A DNA stretch of 64,000 nt from Octopus sinensis. Its lineage: Eukaryota. The notes under the pieces are model-generated. The model was not told the origin of the DNA. It saw only the letters and a program-made list of their open reading frames with translations, and did not search any database. The stretch spans positions 59,024,001-59,088,000 of the forward strand of contig NC_043000.1 of assembly GCF_006345805.1 (NCBI RefSeq), written 5' to 3'. The position numbers and the translations under genes were made by a program. This document shows positions 10,806-23,769 of the stretch, piece by piece. Every line of letters begins with the position of its first letter. Within the stretch, counting starts at the first letter, position 1.

Positions 10806-13048
10806 GTAGATTGTGATAATGAAACGACTGAGACGACTTAGGTGGGGAGACATCTTATGGTATTCCGACTTAAGTTTCCCGGTCTTTTCTAACATTTATA
10901 TCACTTCTAATTAATTTTAAGCATATTTTCTTGTCATTAAGGTACATTTCCTTTGTTATTTATTCTGAGATACTTAAACTATTCTTTAATTAAATTTCTC
11001 TTGTACATTGATCCATGCGGTATTTTGTTTGTTACCAATCTTCTTTCTTTTTCATTTACAAACAGCTGAGTAAATTACATACAAAACACTCACACACGCA
11101 CACACATTTATCCGATATGTAAATGTTGTTTACTTCTCAATGCGGCATTTATATTTCAGGTCGTTTAGAAATTACTGTTTTCATACTTAGATTAGCATAT
11201 GTAATTTCGATGTAGTTTTTACATAGACATATTGCAAACACATTCTGTAGCCTGTTTTAAACTTTATTTTAATCATTATCCACGAAAAAATATAACATAA
11301 GTATACGTAAAGGAGAATTCAGTATTGTAAAACAAAGAAACATTATAGTATTTTTCCCTAAATTAATTTTAAATATGATTTTTGTTAATTTTCCTTTAAT
11401 AAATAATATATAATCATAGACACCAGACTGTTCCTAGCTTATATAGCCGGCTATTATATGTGTTAGTAATATGTGTATGATCTTCAGATTGTAAATGTTA
11501 TCAAGTTGTTTATTAAAGAAATAATGCTTGTTTACATTTTGACATCCTATCGACAGCCGGGCTCGTTTGTGTTTAAATCCGCTATGTGATTTATCCGTTA
11601 CATGTTTACATTGGGATGTCGGTCTCTCTTTCCATAGGAGACTAAACATACGTTATAGTGTATTTATAATTATTACCGAAACTGGAATTAATTACGAACA
11701 TTCTAAAAACCTGATTAACTTTATTATGTGCTACTTTGATATGCAGACACTTTGGTTACATATGGTACATAGGTAGAGTGGAGAACAAAAAAATTACTAT
11801 TGTTTGCTATTTACTGCTAATAACAATGTTTTGTGCGTCATCTGTTCTCCAGGACGTACCACAAGGATGCAGTATCTTATCGATTTTCCCCCCTGTAAAG
11901 TATGTAGGATGTAGCGGTTGCAATTTCAAGGCAATGTTTTTTTAAGGGAATTCAATTTCAACTCCATTTAAGACGAGAATTATTTCTGGGAAGATGGGTA
12001 CGAAGAAAAGGAAGTATTAAGGAATTTGATCAGTCTAACGGGAAAGTTTTGTAAGCTATTACTTAATCTCAAGAAGTTTTTGTACGAAGTCATCTCATTG
12101 TAAGATTATTTATCGAAGGCTGTGTTATTAGCCGAATTACGTTTATCATTCAATCATATGTATATTTATAACAACGTTGTATTGCAATCGTTTTTGCCCC
12201 ATCTCTGTAACCTCCCATTGCATTTCTGCATGAAACTATTTTGTCATTTGAATAAAGCAAATTTTAATTGTTTTATATGAGTTAACATAATAATAAATAC
12301 ACTTTATAAACATACAGAGCTATTCTAGAAGGCTAAAAGGTCGAAACTACCATATTCTGATAGAATTCTACTCAATTTCACCGTAATTTTTTATAACACA
12401 TCTCGGTAATTGCAATATGTTTAGGTCACTATAAGAACTTAAACACATAGTTATTTAACATAGCCTTACTTCGTAGTTTCCTGAAGTCATATAGACATTA
12501 AAACTCGTACTTCAGACTAAAACCAATTCTTGTTTAATGTTATAGATTCTTCTAATAATGTTAGGAATATTACTGGTAGGTACCATCTTTATCGTATCAT
12601 CATATCTTGGGTTCAATTCATACCTAGTTAAAAATTATTTCATTAGTCTCCCCAAAACAGTATGCTCTTACATCTAGCATGTTAAATTAAAGAACTAATT
12701 CTTTTAAAAATACTCAATTTCTGACAAGTTATAATTGCTGCTACATAATGGGATTATCGAGAGAAACTACAACATAATAGATCTTATTCTTTATTCTGAT
12801 GATTGATAGAGATCAGAATAATGTGGCTTGCCTTATTAAAAAAAATTTTTTTTAATGATTTTGAGATTGGATAGAATACATTCAGACAAGAAAAAATAAT
12901 GTTGCTAGAAATTTCTTTGTGTCTTGGTTTGTAAATGGTTTTGTTTGTAAGTTAATAATACTTTTTACAATAAGTGTGTTATATGTATGTATTGAAATAT
13001 TCATTGCAACTATTTCTATTAATAGAGATAATGGAGCTGTTCTGAAAA

Positions 13049-13078
13049 ATGGAATTTACATCAAGTAATGTTATACAG
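13049..13078 (+). CDS. IPO13: IPO13 coding exon 1 (MEFTSSNVIQ)
   Basis: ATG at 13049, donor CAG|GTTTGT, phase 0, in frame with the next exon. Likely acceptor at 13024-13025. Confidence 0.8.
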
Positions 13079-13586
13079 GTTTGTTGTAACTTGAGGATCT
13101 CTTCATATTTATGTTTGTAAACTAAGCATGAGAAAAATTATCACTGAAAAAACACTTATTTTTTCATTATAGTTAGTAATACTTATAATTGACTGTTGCA
13201 AGGTGTGAACAATTTAAACTAACAACATAAAAGTTCCCTTTAGATGATTTTTTTAGGTCTAACTTAATTTTATTATTACTTAAATAATTTTCATATTAAG
13301 CAAAGGTCCAAATTTGTTTCTGATATCATTAATCCCCTCAAGAAGTCACATCTAAGTAAATATCATTTGTATATATGTTATGTATTGATTTAATTATTTT
13401 CCTTTCTCATATAAATATGGAATATGATGCAAAATACTCATCAAAATATTTTCTCTAAGGAAAAGCTATTATAAATAAAAGAAAAGTTTTCTAGAGCTGA
13501 TTTTATGGTAAACATTAAAAAAACCTTATGATCAAATGACTGGTGGTAATAATTCTATCTGTATAATGCTTAGTTTTCTACTTGGA

Positions 13587-13631
<45 letters not shown>

Positions 13632-13825
13632 CAATAAGAAAACGGAGGTGATCAATAGGTGATACTCATCAACTTTTAGACATTATATTATGATGATTTA
13701 TTTATTTACTAAAATGACAATTATAATAATATACATACATGTATAACATGCTTTACATATATAATATTTAAAGATATCAGTAATTATTAAAATATATAAC
13801 ATACAGGAACAGAAATTGGGATAAT

Positions 13826-13949
13826 ATCTTACAGCTGTTTCAGCCAAGAGGCAAAAATACCTCATTCTACCTTTATCCCACCAGTAGACTGAAGTAATTA
13901 GTAGATGAAATTGAGGTACTTGGGTGTTTCGCTAGGCTTTGTCAGAGAT
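13826..13949 (-). ncRNA. Hammerhead-like motif with a mutated core (CUGACAA), mirror of 15010-15123
   Basis: Reverse complement reads atct-CTGACAA-agcc...ggct-GAAAC-agct-GTA-agat. The G8-to-A change predicts inactivity. Confidence 0.55.
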
Positions 13950-14672
13950 TTTTGAAAGTACATAAGGTTAAGTTATAAATATAAATACACACACATACAC
14001 ATACTTATACATACATATACATAAAAATACATAAATACATATACCTACACTTAAATGTACATGCATATTTGCATGTATATGCATACAAAAGAATCAATTA
14101 TTATTAGATGCATCATATTATTCATATTAGATAAAATATAAACAGAGGTATGAGAAAGTTATAAGAAGAGTAATATTGTAATTAATAAAATCAATATGTC
14201 TTAAAGTTATTTTAGTTATGTAAGAATGAAACTGCATATACATGAGGAACATACATATATATACACACATACATACACACACACATATATATATACATAT
14301 ATATTTCCGCTCAAAAACTCATAGGTACATACGTTTTAGATGTGTTTAGAAGGGAGGGTTAGTGCAGTAGTTTGTATTATTATAATTATATAATTATAAC
14401 AATAATACACAAACTTATATATATTTTCATATAAACATGTGATATGTTTATTTCTCTGTTATTTTTTCTTTATGCACCCCACTTCCCGCAGGATTTCAAC
14501 TACTGCATAAAGAAAAAAATAACAGAGAAATCAACATATCACATGCTTATATGAAAACATACATAAGTTCGTGTATTATTGTTATAATTATAATGATACA
14601 AACTACTGCACTAATCATCCCTTAAACACAACTAATATGTAGGTACCTATGAGTATTTTTGAGTGGAAATAT

Positions 14673-14710
<38 letters not shown>

Positions 14711-15009
14711 GTATATATATATGTGTGTGTATGTATGTTCCTCATGTATATGCAGTTTCATTCTTACATAACTAAAATAACTTTAAAGATATATTGATTT
14801 TATAAATTACAATATTACTCTTCTTATAACTTTCTCATACTTCTGTTTATCTTTTTATCTAATATGAATAATCTAATGCATCTAATAATAATAATAACTG
14901 ATTCTTTTATATGCATATACATGCAAATATGCATGTACATTTAAGTGTAGGTATATGTATTTATGTATATGTGTGTGTATTTATAACTTAACCTTATGTA
15001 CTTTCAAAA

Positions 15010-15123
15010 ATCTCTGACGAAGCCTAGAGAAACACCAAGTACCTTAATTTCATCTACTAAGTCTACTGGAGGGTAAAGGTAGAATGAGGTATTTTTGCCT
15101 CTTGGCTGAAACAGCTGTAAGAT
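15010..15123 (+). ncRNA. Type I hammerhead ribozyme motif with a long helix-II insertion (Penelope-type)
   Basis: atct-CTGACGA(15014-15020)-agcc...ggct-GAAAC(15108-15112)-agct-GTA(15117-15119)-agat. Helix I is 4 bp, helix II is AGCC/GGCU, and helix III is the palindromic ACAGCUGU. Confidence 0.6.
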
Positions 15124-15474
15124 ATTATCCCAATTTCTGTTCCTGTATTTTATATATTTTAATAATTACTAATATGTTATACATGTATGTATATTGTTAT
15201 AATTGTCATTTTAGTAAATAAATAAATTGACATAATATAATGTCTAAAAGTTGATGAAAACCACCTATTGATCCGCTGCATTTTCTTATTGGTCTATTAA
15301 TTCATGGTAAAATAACTCTTTACCCTCACCCATTTATTACACTTGGTATAATGTTATTTCAATGCAAAAAAAAAAAGCACTTGTGTATTAATAATTAGGT
15401 ATTCTACCAGCAGTATATTGGATAGATATTATCCCTTAGTTGGTTGGATTCACAGCCTCTAACTTTCTTAGAAT

Positions 15475-15506
<32 letters not shown>

Positions 15507-15731
15507 TATACATATATATGTGCTAATGGTTTTGTTATACATGTAAGTATATATATATATACACACATACATTTATATATGTGTGTGAGTGAGTGACTGA
15601 CCATTACTCAATACAAAGAGCAGAATAATATAATATTTAATAGCCAAAACATCACTATTTCATCTTTTATCATTTATATATATGAAATGTTCAAATACCA
15701 TATAATAATGAGTTGTCGTTCATTCTTTTAG

Positions 15732-15851
15732 GCTGTGAGCCAATTCTATTTCAGTTCTGATCAGAAACCTCAAGTTCATACGTGGCTAACTAAAGCCCGG
15801 GTAGCACCTGAAGCATGGGTATTTGTTTGGCAACTTCTTGACCCTAACCAG
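15732..15851 (+). CDS. IPO13: IPO13 exon 2
   Basis: AVSQFYFSSDQKPQVHTWLTKARVAPEAWVFVWQLLDPNQ; AG/GT; phase 0-0. Confidence 0.95.
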
Positions 15852-17009
15852 GTACAGTAACTAATTTACCTGAATTTATTACCTTTGGTTCTTTGATAGC
15901 TTCTTTAATATAATTGGTAATGTTAGTAGTATCATAATAATGGACATTTGTTTTAGATATGCTTACCACTGTTCAAAGTCAAAGTTTTATAGTGTATTTC
16001 TTGTATCTTTAGAACAAATGTTTGCTTGAGTAATTTTTGTCATATTATGTTCAAACAGTATTCTAATTGAAAGACTGTGCTAACTGTGACTAATCATTCT
16101 ATCTTTACAGTGAACATATTGTTCTGAGGTTTACAAATGTAATTGCCATATTGAGCAAGCAAGTGTATAATGGCTGAGTGAATTTGGTATTAAACTACCA
16201 GCTCATAGACCTTGACTTCAAATTCACTGATCGTATTTCATTACATATTTGCCGTAACTATATGTGTTAGTGAACTAAATAGTTGGGAATATATTGGTCT
16301 CAAATTTCGGTTCAAGGCCAGTAAGTTTGGGGTTGAGGATAAGCCACTTATATTGATCTTATTTTATTGATCTCAAAAGGATGAAAGGCAAATTTGTCCT
16401 TGGCGAAATTTGAACTCAAAACATAAAGAAGGATGAAATGAACAGTTGGGAGTATATACCATATCTTCTAAGAATGTTATTTGTAATAGATTGGTGTTGT
16501 ACCAAAGGGGAAATTTGTCTCATATTTTTAATGTCAGGAACCTGGTTCCAAGCAGTAACCCTTAGAAGCCCCTTGTATTCAGGAGACATTTACATTATTA
16601 AATCAAGCAGCTCAAATGACGATACTATACAGCAACTCATAAGTTACTGGGAATACAGGGTCTATGAATTTGCTGCATGCATTTGATTGGAAACCTTTAG
16701 AACTGACCCAGACTACTCAACAAGAAACAAAAATGACAACAATTAGCTTCAAGTTACTAAACAAGAAGAAAGCTTTTATCAATATTGTCTAATGAAACGG
16801 TGCAATTCGGTTGTCAACTCCAGACAAATTATGAGAAAAGATTGTATTATTGTTGATCTTGAACTTGACGCTCAGCTTTTAATGTTCTACTTAGTTTTTG
16901 TTGCATGATTTTAAGTAAAAAATATATAATTACCTTATTTAATTAGAAATTTATTAAAACTATTTTATTTATCTTTCAATTGAATTGTTATTTTGTTTTC
17001 ATCCTTTAG

Positions 17010-17068
17010 AGTCCAGAAGTGCAGTTTTTTGCTGCAAGTTGCCTGCATCAGAAAATATCCAAGTTTTG
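17010..17068 (+). CDS. IPO13: IPO13 exon 3
   Basis: SPEVQFFAASCLHQKISKF(W); phase 0-2. Confidence 0.95.
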
Positions 17069-17883
17069 GTGAGTTACTCTCTTTAAACATTTTGGTATAT
17101 TTTTAAAAACTGTTAACTGATTGTATATTTTTTTTTTAAATTTAAGGAAGTGAGAGTACAGTAAGATAACTAACTTTTGAAAAAATTAATACTAAATTTA
17201 AAATATAACGTACAAAAAAGGTTCTTATGTGGTGCTTTTATGTACTAAAATCTTACACATAATGCCTTTTATCATTAGCACAAGACCACAAATTGGGTAG
17301 AGGCTATTGTCGTATATCAACCACAATATTTTATTTATATTTTATTGATCATGATGAAAGGTAGTTGATCTTGGCAATATTTATTTCATCATCAACATCA
17401 TTGTTGTTTTAATGTTTGCTTTTCCATGCTCACATTGGTTGAATAAAATTCATTAAGACAGATTTTCTATAAGTGGATGCCCTTCCAGTTGCCAACCCTC
17501 ATCTGTTTCAAGGTAATATTTCTCTTTGGTTGGATATCTTTTCACAGATGATTGAAACTGAAGGACACCACTTATATGCTGGTGATACTCACTTACACCT
17601 ATCACTTTATTTTGTGTGTTTGTGTGTGTGTTACTGTCTCTTTGGTTGACATTGCACGATAGTTGTAACCATGCCACCATCATGCGAACAGCATCCTTTG
17701 CCTCCAGTCATTTATGAAAATGTGCCTGGTCATGGAGAAATATTACTTTACTTGGAAGCAAATGAGGGTTGGTGATAGGAAAGGTATCCACTTATATAAA
17801 ATCCACCTTAATATATTTTGTCTCACCTATGTTGCCATGAAAAAGTGGATGTTAAAATGCAGCTGGTCATGGTGAGATATATA

Positions 17884-19167
17884 TCAGGTCATCCCATAAG
17901 TTCTGTCCAAATTTTGAATAAAGGAAACAAGTGATCAAATGTTATATTTAATTGAAATTTAATCATCAGTGTACTTTCCCTGATTATCTATGACTTCCTT
18001 CCATCTATTTACAAGCTTTTTAATCCCATCAATGTAAAACTCTTTTGGTTTCAAAGCAAAGAACTCTAAAATGTCAGTTTCGACCTCCTCCTGGCTTGTG
18101 AAAGTTATATCCCCCAAATGATTCTGTAAACTACGAAACAAATGGTAGTCTGAAGGAGCAAGGTCAGGAGAATAAGGGGAATGAGGAATTTTTCCCAACC
18201 AAGCTCTTCGATCTTCTGTAATGTGATCTTTGCAGTGTGGGGTTGTGCATTGTCCTGATGAAACTTCACTCCTTTTTGATTCACTAAAGCGGGTCTTTTT
18301 TTCTTCAAAGCTTGGTTCAAACGCTCAAATTGCTGACTGTAGACTTGAGCATTGATTGTTGCATTAGGTAGTAACAATTCAAAGTGAATTACTCTTTTGC
18401 AATCCCACCAGATGGAGAGAAGAACCTTTTTCCCATGAAGTTCCCTTCTCGGTTGTGGTTGAGCTTTTTCCCTTTTATCAGGCCACTGTTTCCGATGTTT
18501 AACATTTCAATAGAAGATCCATTTTTTGTCACCAGTCACAAGTCTATCTAAAAAGGGTGAAATGAGTTTGCAAGAATGGAGAGAAGAGCAGATGTCAACT
18601 CGAGATTTGCAGTTGCTTTCAAACAATTCATAAGGTACCCATTTTCCAAGTTTAGGAACCTTTCCAAGTTGTTGAAGATGATGATCAGTTGTATGGTTTG
18701 AACTAAGCTTTATTGCCAATTCTTCAACTGATAATGCAGGATTTTCTTCAAGTAATGTCTCAAGAAGCTTATCATCAAACTCAACTGGATATCCTTTTCG
18801 ATCTTCATCTTTGAGGATGAAATCTCTACTTCTGAATTTTGCAAAACATCTTCTGCAAGTTCTTTCATTCCAGCATTCTTTCCCATAAAGTGAGTGCATG
18901 TTTCGAATCACTTCGGCTGCAGAGTTTCCTTTTTTGTACTCATAAAGCATTATGTGCCTCAAATGCTGTTTGGATACTTCCATGTTAGAAAGGGTTTTAA
19001 TCAAAGAAATTTTAATTCTGTTATTCTGTAAAATAATATTTAATTAGTTTAAATGTACACAAAGGCATAAAAATAATTTTTAATTCCGTTAGACATTCTA
19101 AAATACTATTAAATTTCATTAAATTTTAAAAATGGTAAAATCGGACAGAACTTATGGGATGACCTGA
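17884..19167 (-). mobile_element. Full-length mariner transposon (1284 bp) with a decayed DD34D transposase
   Basis: TIRs tcaggtcatcccataagttctgtcc / ggacagaacttatgggatgacctga; TA on the left, mutated on the right. Motifs WVPYEL, TGDKKW, HQDNA and YSPDLAPSDY, with 34-residue D-D spacing. Confidence 0.95.
17959..18983 (-). pseudogene. Mariner transposase pseudogene
   Basis: ATG at 18983 (MEVSKQHLRH). One premature stop (18509-18507) and one frameshift near 18190. Confidence 0.9.
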
Positions 19168-19987
19168 TCTGTGTGTGTATATACAAAGGGATTTTTTCAG
19201 TTTCTGTCTACCAAATCCATTTAAAAGGCTTTGGTTGACCAGAGGCTATAGTAGAAGACACTTGCCCATGGGTTCCTGCAATAGAACTGAATCTGAAACC
19301 CTGTGTTTGAGAAGCGAATTTTTTAAATGTTTCATTTTATATATGGTCTATCCTTTTTTTAACACAGTAGGGGGAGATTTAGCTACTATTTCTAGCAGAT
19401 AAAGTGAGTATGTGGTGGTTCCTTTGTTGGCTGGTCATAAAGGGGAGAAAATGATGTGGCCTGTCCATAGTGACAACAAAACAACCAGCAGCAGATGTGA
19501 AATAATGACACATAATTTGCTATTTCAAATAACTTCCATGATAAATAAAGGTCTGATTAACTGAAAACTTCAGTTTAATTTATTTTCACACTTACTTTGC
19601 AGAACTATCTGTCTTTTTCAACTAATTTGTAATTTAAAATATGTGTTGAATTTGAACCGAGGTTTCTCCAGAAGACCTCTCATATATTCATATATAAAAC
19701 AAGCCATAAAGAGAGCCTCCATGAAGTTGCTTGACTTACTAGAAATACTAAATCTCATAACTCAAACAATGAAAGACACATTAGATAGACCCCTAAAAAG
19801 ACATGTTGGTTACAGCTGGAATGTTTTGACATCAGGCTTTCTAAACAAGGTTGACCTGGTGCTAAGTAACAAAAATATATCAATATAAATATTTTTTATT
19901 TAAAAAAGAAATAGCAAAATAGTATGTATTTCATTATTACATTATTTGTATTCTATTTTATAGTTTTGTTGATTTATCTTTATAAAG

Positions 19988-20096
19988 GCATGAAGTTCCT
20001 CAAAATGATTATGAAACTTTGAAGACCAAGTTATTAGAAAAGATTATTGAATATGCAAATGGCCCCCGACTAATTTTTACAAGATTATGTTTAGCA
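19988..20096 (+). CDS. IPO13: IPO13 exon 4
   Basis: HEVPQNDYETLKTKLLEKIIEYANGPRLIFTRLCLA; phase 2-0. Confidence 0.95.
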
Positions 20097-20192
20097 GTAA
20101 GTAATGCTCATTTCATTTACTTAATACAGAGAGTGATTATGTTTTTCCTACTTTAGTTTAGGATGAGAGCTTTTGCCTCTGTTGGCAACCAA

Positions 20193-20231
<39 letters not shown>

Positions 20232-20237
<6 letters not shown>

Positions 20238-20620
20238 GAAGGAAGATTGTATGATGCATGTGTATGAATTGCAATGCTACACAGTAGTGTGACATGGGCT
20301 CTGGATGCAGAGGATATGCATAAACTAGAAAGGAACAAAACTGGTACACGCTGCTGTATGTGCAATGTCATTATACATGTATGACAGTGCATAAGTGTAT
20401 TGGAAGAAAGTTAAGCATAAGAGGACTTATATGCAGTGTGTAAGAGAGGAGACTGCACTGATTTGGTCATGTGGTGCAGATGGATGAGGATAATTGCATA
20501 AACAAGTGCTGTTCACTTAATGTGGAAGAGGGAGACCCAGGAAAACATGAGACCAAGCATTGACAGCTGATCTCAAAATGCTGAGCCTTGTGAAGATGAC
20601 AGAGAACCAAGATAGGTGGC
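20232..20620 (+). mobile_element. RTE LINE C-terminal fragment
   Basis: GRLYDACV..AMLHSSVTWALDAEDMHKLERN; related to 50565-50870. Confidence 0.7.
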
Positions 20621-22121
20621 ACATTACTGTACTAAAGAAGACCTGCCCACCACAACAGAACTGATATCCTAAAACCAAGCTGCCACGTAAAAAGTGTTAG
20701 TGCTGGTGTCACATGAAAAGCACTTGTGCTGGTGCCATGTAAAAAGCACCCTATATACTCTGTAAAGGGCATCCAGTTGTAGAAAGCAAGCCAAAACAGT
20801 CTATGGAACTTGGTGCTGCCCCTGGTCTTGCCAGTTTCTCTCAAACCAACCAACCTACACCAGAATGGAAAATGGACATTAAATGATTATGATGACTATC
20901 AGCAACAATTACCATTTCCATATAATACATGAAAGTAGAAAATCAATTACATGTACAAGTTAGTTTTGATGGCATAAAATTGTCATTAAGACTCCCACAC
21001 CAACTGCAGATGGTATAATGTAGTTACTGTATGTTATAAGCAAATAGCATCTTCTATGCATGATCTAAATCTATATATAGCTCTGAGAGTAGAATGACAT
21101 CTGATATTAAGGTAAAATATAACTTAGTGATGATAGTATAGAGCAAGATGGCTTGACAAGACTCTGCTCTCTCCTATGTCTATTTAACCAGCTAGGTTAC
21201 ATACACTAAGTTCAGATCAAGTGAATTTGACTGATCTCAATGAAACATTATTTCCAAGCTGCAGAACAGTCTAATTCTTGAGGGAAGGGTAGCTTAACCC
21301 ATTAAGTTCCAGAATTCTTAAATTTCTGAATATCACTTTTAAATTTTTACAGATTATTGAAAATAGGTTAAAATGAAAAAAATAATAATTAAAACTCCTT
21401 TACTTCATGTAGAAATGGAAATACTCAGTGTTACGTAGAAAGTTGGTATTAGCGGAAGGATGATTTCTATCATCACTGAGTTAGTTTAGAACTCTGGTTC
21501 TCAAAGTGAAAAATACCAACACCCTCTCTCCTAATAAATTATTAGTACTCCCTCCCCACCTCTCTGTATTAACACTTTAACATTCAAATTACTCTGTTAA
21601 ATGTACTGCTTGTTTATTTACATTGTTTTAAATAAATCATGCATTATCTCATGGCTTCAAGATTTCGATGATGTGATTGTTTATTTTTAGAATGACATTG
21701 TAGATGTTTGAATATGAAAGAGGCAGAATATTTTGCCTGGATATAGCTGGTTTAAATGCTAAAGGGTTACACAGAAAACAAAATAGGTGTTTGTATCTGT
21801 ATAATTAGTTTTTCTCTACCATGGTGTTGGACAAGTTTAAAAAGTTTAAAATCATCTTTATTTATTGAATTTGGCCATCTGTTTCTTTTTCAATCTCCCG
21901 CCCACATACACACACAACCACTTGGAGTGAGGTGTCCCATCCATGAGAAACATTATTTTAGAACATACCTGAATGCATATTTGTAACATATTACAAGGAG
22001 TAGTACTAATCACTCACCAGCATGGAATTTGGCAGTTAAATCTAGATGAATATATTTTATGAAGCTAGAATACATGTGTGCTAATACAACATTCTTTCTA
22101 TTTCCATGTTTTCTTTTTTAG

Positions 22122-22220
22122 TTCTCCTCATTGGTGCTTCAGACAATACCTAGTATGTGGCCCAAGCCAGTCTCTAATCTCAGGGAAACTTTCAGTCAGT
22201 CTAATTTTCCTAATGTCAGT
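22122..22220 (+). CDS. IPO13: IPO13 exon 5
   Basis: FSSLVLQTIPSMWPKPVSNLRETFSQSNFPNVS; phase 0-0; GTAAGT donor. Confidence 0.9.
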
Positions 22221-22264
22221 GTAAGTATCTTGAAGTTTTTCATATAAATACAATTTATTTGAAC

Positions 22265-22950
22265 GAAAGTGCAGGCATGCCTGTGTGGTAAGAAGCTGGC
22301 TTCCAACCACATGGCTGGATGGATCCTGAGAACCTTCAGAACCAGAGAAAAGGAAACCATAATGGTCCTCTGGAGGACATTCGTTCTCAGCTGCCTGGAC
22401 TACTGCTCCCAGCTATGGTCACCCAACAGTGTAAAATTAACAGTAGACCTTGAAGCCATCCAGCAAAGCTTCACATAGAAGATTGTCTCATTGCAACAGA
22501 TCAGCTACTGGGAAAGGCTGAAACAACTAAGACTCTACTCCCTGGAGTGAAGGCAGGAGACATATGCAGTAATATACACCTGGAAGATGCTGGAAGGGAT
22601 TGTGCCAAATTTTGGCATTGAAAGCTACACAAATGCCACAGTGGGTCACCACTGCATGGTGTCTAAGTTCCCAGCAATGCCTTTGCACTTCAAGACCAGT
22701 TACTGCAACAGCCTAGGTTTTAGGGGCCCACAGCTTCCAAAGAGCCTGAGTGACCTACACAAAGTGGATGTAAGTGTTTTCAAATCAAAAAGGATCTCTT
22801 ACTGTTGAGAGTCCCAGATGAACCTACCTTGGGGCAGGGTGTGCAAATGAGGGTAGTAACGTCAAACACTCTTATTCACCAAATGCCACACATCAGAGGA
22901 GGCTCTCAATAATAACATTGAACAAAACGGCGGTGCCCCAGAATTGCCAT
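22265..22950 (+). mobile_element. CR1-like LINE 3' fragment
   Basis: WILRTFRTR...FVLSCLDYCSQLWSP...LEAIQ, then SYWERL..L.LYSLE and WKMLEGIVPNFGI. Related remnant at about 56225-56420(-). Confidence 0.8.
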
Positions 22951-22976
22951 AGCTTTGAGCTGAAACTGATAAGAAC

Positions 22977-23009
<33 letters not shown>

Positions 23010-23769
23010 ATATGAATTAAAGATAAAACCACTATTATGCAACTCAAACAGAGGAACTCTTCTTACTTGCATTTCACCACCATCAATTTACTTATTTGTT
23101 ATTTGATGATAATATTGATTATGATTAAAATCTTTTAATTATATATTATTATATATTATTATTATATATATATATATGTGTGTGTGTATTACATCTACAC
23201 CTCTCTTTCTGTGCAGATCATAAGCCCCTTATTAGTTCTTTTTATTATTCTATTTATTTCATTACCATGTAAACATAGTTTCGTCTTCTTCGCTGTTGTC
23301 TTAAAACAAACTTAAGTTCCTTCACGCGCATTTACTATTCGTCACCTATTCATTTATTCAAGTTTGTCACATTGTCACTCATTTCTCTAATTTTGTCACA
23401 GATTGGCTGACTGAAAATTCTAAGATTTTTCAATTCTATTTCACTATTATCAGCATTTGCTGTGTCATTAAATTATGTTACCCAAAATTCCAAAAGAATA
23501 TTTTTCTCCCTCTTGTTCTATCTTTGACCAGCCTAACTCTGACCCCCTCTCTCTCTATTTTGATAACCACTTGCTTCACCAACACTTCCCTGTCCTCCAC
23601 CACCCCACCCTATATAAACTAGTGCATGCACTTGGATTCCCCTACTTCATTTTAATAACTCTACCGAAAGAATACAAATCCAGAAGATGCTCTTCTCTGA
23701 TTTTGCTATTCCACGGTACGCTCGCCCTCCCACCCATCCTGCTTGAACGGAGACTTGTAGATTTGTGCT

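Larger units (their letters stand above)
13632..15291. repeat. Large inverted duplication (arms 13632-14476 and 14504-15291, 27-bp spacer)
   Basis: The arms are reverse complements along their whole length, with scattered substitutions and indels. Confidence 0.95.
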
